From NCBI GenBank assembly GCA_903813345.2, contig CAIIXF020000001.1:47244001-47308000 (forward strand): a DNA stretch of 64,000 bases, written 5' to 3'. Made by a program: the position numbers and the translations under genes. The DNA comes from Owenia fusiformis (Eukaryota). The notes below the pieces were generated by a model. The model was not told the DNA's origin. It searched no databases and was given only the letters and a program-made list of their open reading frames with translations. This document shows, in pieces, positions 24,901-35,100 of the stretch; position 1 is the first letter of the stretch, and each line of letters opens with the position of its first letter.

Positions 24901-27900
24901 GAGTGAAACGGCATTAAATGATACTGCTTTGAACACTCAAAATGTCGTCCAAAGTGACGTCAGAAATTTGCCCCGCATATCCATGATACTGGTTACCTTA
25001 GTAACCATAACTTTGATAGTACTGATTCGATTGTCTTGAAACTGTCATAGAATAAATTCAGATATATCTATCTTATGTTGTGAAAGTTTCATGAAGAAAA
25101 AGCAAACATAACAAAAGTTATAGCAAAATTAGCAATACTTATTGAACGCCCTGTATTATGAGTGTAATTGATTCTTACATTTTACATCAGACAGTTGTTC
25201 CTTCAGTTCTCTTTGACAAGCTTTCAACTCTTCATAAATGTCATTTTGCGTTTCCATGAGATCATTTTTCATTTGCTTTTGCCCTGCTATCAACTCTTCA
25301 CTCCATTCTATCACTTCGTGAACATTCTCCTTCAATGCATTCTGGTTTTCGGCAAGATCGCTGCACAGTTCTTTAGTTTCATCCTGGTTTGCTTTTATTT
25401 GTTCTTGACACTCTTTTATTTCATTAAAATCATTTCTCAGGTTTTCATTTTCTTCTCTTGATTCATGAGTGCTTTCTTTCAGTTCTTCTATGCAGTCATT
25501 CAAATCAGTTTGTTTTTCCATTATTTCATTTAAATTTGGCATTAGTTCATTTTGTTGACATTCTTTCAGCTGGTTTTGGCCATCTGTCAAATCCTGTAGA
25601 TATTCCTTTAGTTCAGCATTGGAGGATTCTTCTGGTTCTTGCATATGTTCATGTATTTCATCGAGACTTTCCTTCATTTCCAATTGACAATCTTTGATTT
25701 CATTTTGGTTATCCACCAACTCATGTATATATTCATTCAATTGGCCTTGTCCCTCTTTTATTTCATTTTGACATTCTTTTATTTCATTCTGCCCTTCTGT
25801 TAACTCATTGATCACTTCATTAGCTTCATGTTGACTTCCTTTTATGTTGTCCAGGTTTTCTTTTATTTCAATCTGGCATTCATTAATTTCATTCACATTT
25901 TCCTTTATGTCATTTTGTACTTGTTTTATCTCTTGAATAATTTCAAGAAACTCTGTTTGACCTTCCCGGACTCTCTGAACATTTTCATTGAATTCATTTA
26001 TATTTTCAGAAATTTCACCAATGCTCTCATTTGTGTCATTCTGAACTTCAATTAACTCCTGAATATTCTCCTCCAGTTCATTTTGACTTTCTTTCAATCC
26101 CTGTAAAGTCTCTTCCTCATTATTTTCATTCAGTTCACCTACCATTTCTTTTATTTCAGCCTGGCATTGAGTAAGGTCTTTTATATTGTCCTTGAACACA
26201 TTTTGACGCTCATTAAACTCTTGTTGGAAATCTTTTAAACCTGCTTGACCATCCTTAAGCACTTCAAGATTTTCCTTAACATGATTTTGCCACCAGTTAA
26301 CACCATTAATGTTCTCTTTTAATTCATTTTGCCCTTCAAGCAGATTTCCAACTATGTCTTTGATTTGCTTCTGCCTTTCATTGAATTCAAGTTGACATTC
26401 TTTAATGTCACTTTCACTTTCTTTTAGCTCAGTTATGCTTTCCTTTATTTCATCTTGACATTCTTTCATCTCATTGATGGTCTCCTTAATTTCAACTTGG
26501 AAATCATTCAATTCATTTGAATTACTCTGCCCTTCATCTATTTCATGGTCATGTTCTTTTATTTCCTCTTGCCCTTCCATTAATTCATTCATTATCTCCT
26601 TCATCTCATCTTGTCCCTTATTCAGTCTATTTATTTTGTTATTGATTTCCTCATCAATGCCTTCTAATGTATCAGCCATTTCTTCATTGACTTCCTTAAT
26701 TTGTTTTACACATTCCAGTAGTTCATTTGATTTCTCAAGCAGATCATTCTGTGTGTCTTCATTCATATTCTCCTTCTCACCATCCATTAACTCTTCAATA
26801 TGTTCCATAAGCTCATCATGATCTTCTTCCATTGCAGTTTGACCACTTTCAAGTGTTTTCATACCTGAAACAATGGTTTTATCTAGATTTTTAATGTCCT
26901 TTTTAGTGGCAGGATCCATTTTCCCTCCATGGACACTCCATCCATAAGTGAGGAACACTACAAAAAAGATTATAATTCCATTCATTTTATTTTAAATAGT
27001 ATCACACATAATCATATGGAAGTATTATAATAAAATTAAAATATTTTGAGTCAATATCTAGGTTTTCTGAACATACAGTATTGACATTTTGATTTGTGTT
27101 CACCAATAATTAGCAACAATAAAACAACTAATTCAAATGTTATGATATATCATAATATTACTGACCTTTAAAATGTTAAATGCTACCTTCAATTTTAGGC
27201 GAAATACCAATGTGAACTTCATACAGTGCAACTCAGTCTAAGCCTCCAAAAATGGAGAGATACTTGTTTAAACATATCATATTTGTAGTTTAATGTGAGC
27301 TGCCATCAGTTGTAATTTTTTGTACTATTACAATTAATGTGATTATACATATTAGTTTGCAATGTCTTTACCTTGATGCAGGCATCCCTTTTTGTAATGC
27401 ACAAATATCAACAAGAAATAGGGGTCATAAATTTGCCATTTTCTTGAAAAACATTGAACATCTTATTTCTGTATCTATAGGTCAGTTTTCATAAAAATGA
27501 TTCACACTTTACTGCCATTATTGTTATTGCCATTATACAGGGTGACACAAAAAATGACACCCACCTTACGTATAATCTGTTTGTCTATTAACATATAGAC
27601 TTGTCCTTTGGCACGTTTAAAGTAGACATAATGCAAAAGCATGTCAAGAAATTTCAGATGTGTAGCTCAAGTGGGTCAAATTTTATGAGCGTTACAACAT
27701 TTGCTCTAAATATCTTCCATTCCTTTACAGACACACATGGATTCTACACAAAAAATGCCACCAGCTTTTGTAACATAACTTTGTAAATACTACTACTGAT
27801 GTAATGTAATTTTGTAATGCTCAAAAATGTGCATCTAGGTGAGCTAGTCATCTGAAACTTCTTGTGGAGTTGCAAAATGGATTGTAGTTCTAATGTGCAG

Positions 27901-29774
27901 AACTTCTTCAGACAAATAAGTTCTGAAATATTTTGTGGGTGGGTGTCATTTTTTGTGTCACACAGTATTTAGAGTTATGATTGTTTATCTGGAGGTTTTC
28001 TTTTACTTCTGTCACTACTTCTATTGTGAGGTCTAGAAAGTTTACAAAATAGAACAAGTGTGTTTTTCCAGCAAACAGAGGAGCAAGTGAAGTTACTGAA
28101 GTATCAGCGTAGACTGGAAGAGGAGTTGAACAGGCAATACATGGACCTATCCCTACACCAAACCATGTACAAGCTTACAATGGAGGCCAACCACAAACTG
28201 GCAGAATCACTAAGGAAAGAATTTAAAGTGCCTGACAGAAGGTAAAATTAAGTATTCTATCTCCCATTAATTTTCCTGAATAACTCTATGTCACGTATGT
28301 GCTTTAAATACATTTGAAGCAGACTTGAAATGTCATATTTTTATAACTCCCTTTTGCAAAGTATCAAAGAGATTATATCATCCCTTAACTGCTTAAAGTT
28401 GATAATAAATGCATATAATTATACATTTGATCCATACATTGCTTTGGCCTGATTTTCAACATTTTTGGGTTTATAGATTTAAACAATAATTCTGCCTTTT
28501 GTAATAAAATAATTTCAGATTTTGGTGGCTGAGAGTGAATGCATTATGTGAATCAAATGATTGGACAGAGCTAGAAAAGTTCTCCAAATCCAAAAAATCA
28601 CCAATTGGTTATGAGGTAACCATTATATTAATATACATATATTAATATGCCAGTTTATTCAGTTCAATTTTGTATTCAATAAAAAAAAATTGGTAACATT
28701 TGCCCACCATGCAGATGCACATTTACTGAACATTCTCATTTTGTGTACTGAAGGTGAGATACTTATTCTTTAATTTCGAGAATATATGCAACTGGAATAC
28801 ATTTATTTTTCTCAAATTTTTTTGCCATATATTAAAGTTTAAATTAAACCTATTACTTTAACCTTCAAGTTAGACATAATGCGTATGCGCATGCATGATA
28901 CTTATAGTTGATATAGAGTTCACAACTTAAGTTGAAAATATGATTTCCACAATTAAACACTGACGTTCTGTCCATTATGCCCAATAGGCAGCCAGCTTTT
29001 CAGGTCCATTTCCAAGTGTGAAAAGTTGTTGCCATTTGCAGCCTTGCAGCTGTGAGTTTTGACAGAAAGTTGCTGATATAGACATTCCTCTTCTTGATTT
29101 CCACTCATATAAATGTATGCAATCTATACAGGTAACATTTAATTTTTCAGCCATTTGTTGATGGGTGTATAAAATATGGAAACAGACATGAAGCTACTAA
29201 ATATCTACCTAAGGTTAGCCAAGAAAACAAAGTCAACTGCTATATTAAAGTTGGGTAAGTTCAAAATATACAATATAATTCTTCACATTCATTGCAAATT
29301 ATTTAGGAAATGTCTGTCAGCTTATAAACAATTGATTTTATAAATTTTCATTGAATTGCAAATCTATCTAAAGCAGTTAACATCTGCACATTTTAATGAA
29401 GTAACAATTAATGCTGGTAAATCAGTAGCCTAATTTTGAGCGTGATAAATTAAAGTGAAAAGTATTCAATTGCGCTATTCTATTGTTATTAGTGCTGAAC
29501 CGCCATCTTATCTTATTATATTGTGTTGTAATGAGTGCTACCAAAGTGTTATATTGCTATATTGTTGTTATAAGTGCTATATAATGCTGTATTTCATTTT
29601 ACTGTTATTAGTGCTGTTTTTTGTTACAGGCAACTAGATCAAGCTGCAGAATTTGCATTTCTACAGAAAAGTATCGATGACTTGAATATAGTGCAACAGA
29701 AATGTGGACCTATGAACCGAGCCACGGTGGAAAAAATACAAACTATGAAAGCTCAGCTTCAAACCAAACGATAG
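1000..29774 (+). CDS. VPS16: Vacuolar protein sorting 16 (HOPS/CORVET subunit), 3' part; 5' exons lie left of the window
   Basis: Nine GT-AG exons with matching phases: 1000-1134, 1547-1655, 2103-2200, 5903-6007, 22289-22366, 28072-28241, 28519-28615, 29151-29254, 29630-29774 (TAG). Translation [31 protein letters not shown]...[19 protein letters not shown]...SIESGDTDL...FWWLRVNAL...[19 protein letters not shown]... is colinear with the VPS16 C-terminal region as I recall it. Confidence 0.96.
2839..3168. repeat. Tandem duplication, ~166-bp unit x2, in a VPS16 intron
   Basis: tagcagtaatttacatttaggctcc...ggaggtaactatttgt occurs at ~2839-3003 and ~3005-3168 with few mismatches. Confidence 0.9.
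8086..19608 (-). CDS. Secreted C-type lectin (signal peptide, short coiled-coil neck, CTLD), ~260 aa, nested antisense in VPS16 intron 6008-22288
   Basis: The 3' exon 8544-8086 follows acceptor ttccag and encodes a full CTLD ([15 protein letters not shown]...C, YWTAL, W...QP, C, WHDYKC, YICE). The 5' exon 19608-19285 encodes a hydrophobic signal ([24 protein letters not shown]) and heptads ([25 protein letters not shown]) and ends at GAG|gcaagt, phase 0, matching the phase-0 acceptor. The CTLD exon is certain; the join is inferred. Confidence 0.8.
11654..13494. mobile_element. Second MULE/Foldback-like element nested in the previous one
   Basis: Ends GGTAGACTG.../...CAGTCTACC with inverted arrays of AAATCTAGT; exact 9-bp TSD AGACTTGCA at 11645-11653 and 13495-13503. 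Confidence 0.85.
11763..11921. repeat. Long inverted repeat (hairpin, ~70-bp arms)
   Basis: ggaataaataatgataggccattcaatatggtgaaattcagcacgagttggacagaatgtt... pairs with ...aacattctgtccaacgagtgctgaatttcaccatattgaatggcctatcattatttattcc. Confidence 0.9.
14654..16280. mobile_element. Non-autonomous DNA element with poly-G/poly-C termini and 8-bp TSD
   Basis: TGGCTCTT|GGGGGGGG... ...CCCCCCC|TGGCTCTT (TSD 14646-14653 and 16281-16288); subterminal TGGTATG(G/A) repeats. Confidence 0.7.
14718..15838. mobile_element. Nested TIR element with Kolobok-like AGG termini
   Basis: TIR AGGAGCAC(G/A)TAGGTTATCGCAAACA at 14718 and inverted at 15814-15838; TSD degenerate. Confidence 0.7.
22875..26985 (-). CDS. 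Secreted long acidic coiled-coil protein with C-terminal F5/8 type C (discoidin) domain, ~762 aa, nested antisense in VPS16 intron 22367-28071
   Basis: Exons 26985-25179 (signal [20 protein letters not shown] plus heptads; donor T|gtaag), 24009-23877, 23675-23468, 23015-22875 (TAG). All are GT-AG with matching phases. Discoidin motifs: [71 protein letters not shown]. Confidence 0.88.
24111..25153. mobile_element. Tc1/mariner-type non-autonomous element with long imperfect TIRs
   Basis: Left cagg...caataagtattgctaatttt...catgaaactttt..caacataag...ggttactagggtaacca mirrors right tggttaccttagtaacc...cttatgttg..aaagtttcatg...aaaattagcaatacttattgaacgccctg|TA. Confidence 0.7.
27538..27965. mobile_element. 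Tc1/mariner-type MITE
   Basis: TA|CAGGGTGACACAAAAAATGACACCCACC ... GGTGGGTGTCATTTTTTGTGTCACACAG|TA. Confidence 0.8.
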
Positions 29775-30264
29775 TCAAAGTTGAGGTTGAGTTCTTTCCT
29801 TTGCACACACATTCCTATTTTACATGCTTTAACAATAATCAAGCAAAAGAACCAATCATACATGTACAGTATGAATGCCAGATAGCAAAACATCATCCAA
29901 GGATTTCTGTAGTGGTATTCACATGACACTGATTTATGGAATCATGGGATACTGTACCTTGACAGTGTGGTTAACACTGCATAGCAGTAAAATGTAGCTG
30001 AATGTTAACAGGAATCATTGGACACTACCAGTGTTGGCATGTTGAACCATTCATGAGTTTTCATACAAAAATGCAAGAGAAACATGAAACCAAAGGTTTC
30101 ACTATACTTTGGCATTATTGTTTACAAAAAGTGTGGACTTGAATATGAATATATTATTCATACTTCAATGAGAAAAGTGCAATATAAAATGCAAATTAAT
30201 AACATAAGTAAAATGTGAAAGGCTAAATGTGACCCTATATGTGAATTTATTTTTATTCATTTAA

Positions 30265-31313
30265 CCCTAATGCAGCGCAGCCAAGTGGGGAGAGGGTCAA
30301 ATTGGTTTTCGCTCAGTACTTTTTTATTGCATTAGGAAAAAGTGTTATATTTCCATCGGATCATGCTAGTTATGTCATACCAAACATTGGTGACATGTTG
30401 TTATGGTATCCATTTTTGTGACAACTGTTGGTATCTGGCAGTTGACAGTTGGCGTCTGTAACAAATTCTTACAACTTCCAATAACCTTCCAATAACAAAT
30501 ACTGGTTCGACTGACTTCAATTTTTTTAAATCATCTACAAGTTCTCAGAAGTTCAAATCTGACTTTAGATTTGAGATTTGACCTTTAATGATCTCTCAAG
30601 GTCAAAAAGGTATTTTTTCAACTTGCTTAAATTGACCAATTATTTTACAAAATCATATATTCTCAGAAGTTCAAATTTGACTTTAGATTTGAGATTTGAC
30701 CTTCAGTGACCTTCCAAGGTAAAAAAAAAGTCAAAAGGTCTTTAGGCATGCTGGGTAAATTACTTGTTGGCCATTTTGAATTTTTTCATAAATCTTGTCA
30801 TCAAAACTGCAGGAAAATATCTTATCTGTTACACTTGAAATGTTTACAGATACAAGAGCAGACTAGTGCCAGCATTCTGATTAGCTTTTGGGTATGCTGG
30901 CTAAATTATACAAATCGGCCATTTTGGATTTTTCATGAATCTGGTCATTAAAATTTCAGGAAAGCCACTTGTCTGTTCAAATTGTACACGTGTAAGAGAA
31001 AACATGTGCTAACATTTGATTAGGTTCCTGGTTTGCTTGGTAAAAGGCAGCCATTTTTGAATAAATCTTTCTTGTCATCAAAATTCAAGGAAAAGCGCTT
31101 ATCAGTTCAACTTGAAATTTTTACAGATGCAAGAGTAAACTAGTGCCAAGGTCTCATTAGGTTTTGGACATTCTAGGTAAATTACATGGTGACCATTTCG
31201 CTATTCAAAGTGCGATATTTATCACTCTGTGTCTTGTTTCCATTGTGACCGATCCCCATCTGTTTCCCTCCTTGCCCATTGTTGTTTTGAAAAAGTAGTT
31301 GCCTGCAATGGGA
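30265..31313. mobile_element. Possible piggyBac-like non-autonomous element with internal duplications
   Basis: TTAA|CCCTAATGCAG ... CTGCAATGGGA|TTAA (imperfect TIR); internal duplicated units at ~30545 and ~30661. Confidence 0.45.
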
Positions 31314-32151
31314 TTAAACATATGCCCTCAGCATGTATTTGGGATGGTACGTTTTATGGAAGTTCTATATTAAATTTAGAGACCAATCTATCAACTGAAT
31401 AATCATCATTTGTCAATAACAGGGGCATTGTGACTTTGGACTTACCTTGACCATTGATAATGCTGTTTTTGTTTGTTTCTAGATTATATATTAACACGCA
31501 TACCACTGTGACCTATTGAACTTATGTAACAAACGACTAGATTATACAGGCAGTATCATATACTACAAATAAAGCTATATGGTCAAATTGAATAAATACT
31601 CATATATTTAAAGAAATATATATATTTTTGTGTTGGCCGGCAGAATTCCCATGTCGCAAATATCTAGGCATTTTACATTCTTTATATAGCCCAGGCCTTG
31701 TTTTGTAGTTTGGCTATCATATGTGTGGCCTCTTATTGTTTGATGCTTCTCTGCCATGTTATTTTCCAAAATATTAACATGACTAAAACTCCCTAAATTA
31801 CAAAAGGCCATAGCTTTGCTGCACATTATACATAACTATCTGAAATATACAAAAGTTAGGACTTGTAAATATGTTTCTATTTTTTCATATCCTGTTGCAA
31901 TATAGTCATTTGATTGCTTATTTTTTGAATTCAAAGTAGTTCCAAACATTTAAAATTTTACTTTAATAACCACGATCTGTTTTTAATCTAAAAGGCTTCT
32001 TTTGACATTTCAATTGCAAATGGTTCTCCCCTTACACAATACAACGTCCGGACCCTTCTCTGATACAACACTCAAGAGCGGTAGAATATAGATTTACTTC
32101 ATCAAACCTGGAATACTTTGTCAATGTCAAACAGGATCACAGAAAAACACA

Positions 32152-35100
32152 ATGATGACGTCTACGACTGCCCCAACAATGAACAATAATTTTGTCAAAG
32201 AACATGATCTCGATACTACCCAAGATGGGACTATTGGGAAACTATTTTCGTCAGCCAATGAACATCCAGAACCAATAGAGGCTATTATAACAGGTAAAGT
32301 TCAATATCATCTGTAGTCCTGGATTCTATGAGTTTTCATAATAATATCGCTGATTGTTTAGCTATCGTTACCGCTTTGTAATTACCCGGGTAGGAGTAAT
32401 GAGATTCATGGTATAATGTAAGGTTACACATTCTGATACTCATAGCATCTTTCTGAGAAGATTTGAGATGTCATGGTTTATCATGATGAAGATTACATGT
32501 CATTGTTACCTAAAATGTTAGTGTACTTATCACATTTGACATGATATCTACCATGAACAAGAAATGTAGGTCTTATATAATGACAAACACGTCTTTCAGG
32601 GACTATTCCCAAGTGGATAAAGGGAGGATTACTTAGGAATGGACCAGGGAAATTTGAAGTTGGCGAGGACAAATACAACCATTGGTTTGATGGCCTTGCC
32701 CTATTGCATCGATTTGACTTTGAAGACGGTGTCGTCAAATATCATAGTAAATTCTTAAAAAGTGATTCCTATGTCAAGGCCATGGAGCAGAATCGAATTG
32801 TAATATCAGAATTTGGTACATTTGCCACCCCAGATCCATGCAAAGGATTTTTGGATAGGTAGGTATTGATATACGGCTTTAAAATCGTCTGCTTAATTGA
32901 ATATTCAACTGTAACATTCTATATACTCCTGTCATACCTTGGAACATGCATTTGAATGATTTGTAGATTCCTATCCAAATTCAAGCCATCTGTATCAGAC
33001 AACAATAATGTGAATATATTTCCCATCGGTGACGGGGTTTATACAGCAACTGAGACGAGCCTTCTGCGGAGGATAGACCACGAAACACTTGATACGGAAG
33101 ACAAGGTAAGTTGGTATTTGTGTTTTCATTATGTCATATGCCGTAGTCTAGAATATAGGTCTCATTCCCTTTATTACCAATTTTGATAAATCCTGTTTTA
33201 ATGGCAGGTGGATTTGGTGAATCTGGTTTCTGTAAACCTCTCGACAGCCCATCCTCACTACGACCAAGACGGGACGTACTATAACATTGGAAGCAATTTC
33301 AAGGCTGGTTTATATCATGTTATCAAAGTTAAACCTAACGTAAACGTGTCAGATCCAGTTGAAGGTGCAAAAATACTGAATACAATTAAAATGGAGAGCA
33401 GAGCTAAACCAGGCTATTACCATAGGTGTGTATCTATTTATGCATCCCTTTGTCAGATTTCTCTTCATCAGCCTTTGTTCATAGGTGTAAACTTACGTCT
33501 AGATAAAACACAAATCACCACTTTAATTTAAAGATCTTGTATGCACTTGTAAAACCATTTATTCACCATAAACTTTTAGTTTCTCTATGTCTGCCAACTA
33601 CATTATCTTCCACGAACAGCCATTGCGGATGAATCTGTTGGGTATTATGACGAGGCCGCTGTTTAAAACAGACATAGCCAAATTGATGATCTTTGACAGG
33701 AAGTTGAAATCAAAGTTCCATATCTGCGATAAAAATACAGGTAGGGTACAATATTCAGGAGTTTCTACAGTTTCTACAAAGAGTAGAACTTTTACCACAA
33801 AACATCAAGGCTCCGTTTCTGTGGACTTGTTGTGGCAGTCACGCGCGCTAACATTCGACATGTCATCATTTGGATACCCATTGCATCCTCTTTCTAACAA
33901 TGTTTATTTACCAAAATGGGTGTGTTTACATGTACATTGTACATAAATCAAGAGAATAATAACGTTTAACTTTATAAAGCCTATATTATTAGCGAAAAGC
34001 GTCCACCGTAACTTGGAATTAAAGAAAAATATTGCCGGAATATCAGGTCCTAATTTTCACAAATATTGTAAAATGACCTGATGTATACAAAGTTATATAA
34101 AATGAGAAATATATTCGGTACATGAATTTTTTTTAAAATGTCCTACTTTTCTACCTTAACATAGGTCGGTTTTCCCAAAGTCAGTAACTGTTGCATACCG
34201 TGGCTGACACTATTTATCGTGTATTGTACAAATCGTGTACCATTTTTAACTTATTTTCATCTTCATTTTCTTACATCACTCTACAGGAGAAACATGGCCG
34301 CTTAAATTTGTAATGGAACCATTTTTACACATCCACACGATGAACTCATTTGAAGAAGACGGCCATCTCGTCATAGACATGGCCTGTACTGACGAAGCCT
34401 CCCCATACGATGACTTCTACCTAAGTAGCTTCAAGAAGGTACGAATACATTTTAGATCGTCAATACTTCTATCATATACAGGGGCGTAGCCTACTTTCAG
34501 TGAGGGGGGTCGATCGCCAAAAGCCGATTTTCAGTCAGGGAGGTACAATCGTGGCATAAGAAACCCCCAAAATGTTAAAGCTCTTTTCTTCTTCTCTATC
34601 TAATAGATCTATTTTATTGGTTATGGGGGACACCCCCTCCTGGCTACGTCTAATGATATATAACACATTATTTAATTTGACACTTGTTGTTTGTACATAA
34701 CATTTCTTTTTGTAGATGACTGCGGATGATGCTGCACCAAAAATGAAGGATGTTAAGTTAACGCAACTCCCACGGAGATTCGTGATCCCATTAGATGTAA
34801 CACCCGAAAGCTCTAAAGATGTCAATCTTGTCACACTATCTGGAACAACTGGTAATAGCACATCTTCAAGTTAGGAGGATGGCCTCATTTATTCTATCAT
34901 ATATATACAAGGGTTCCAAAATATGTATACTTGCACACATTTTTGTCACCTCTATCACCTTTAATATGCAGGATCCAGATCTAATTCTTCAACGTATGAA
35001 AACAGTTCAGCTCGATTTTAAAATGCTCTAGGCGTTAAAATATATTTGCAGATACTTGAGTTAACCTGAGATAAAATTGATAAATGGACTTCTAAAACAC

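Noticed and set aside
25168..26821. Plus-strand ORFs overlapping the coiled-coil exon
   Set aside because: They are antisense shadows of a compositionally biased coding sequence.
25156..26985. 609-aa ORF as a standalone SMC/myosin/intermediate-filament gene
   Set aside because: It has a signal peptide, no ATPase or motor motifs, and a phase-compatible donor leading into discoidin exons.
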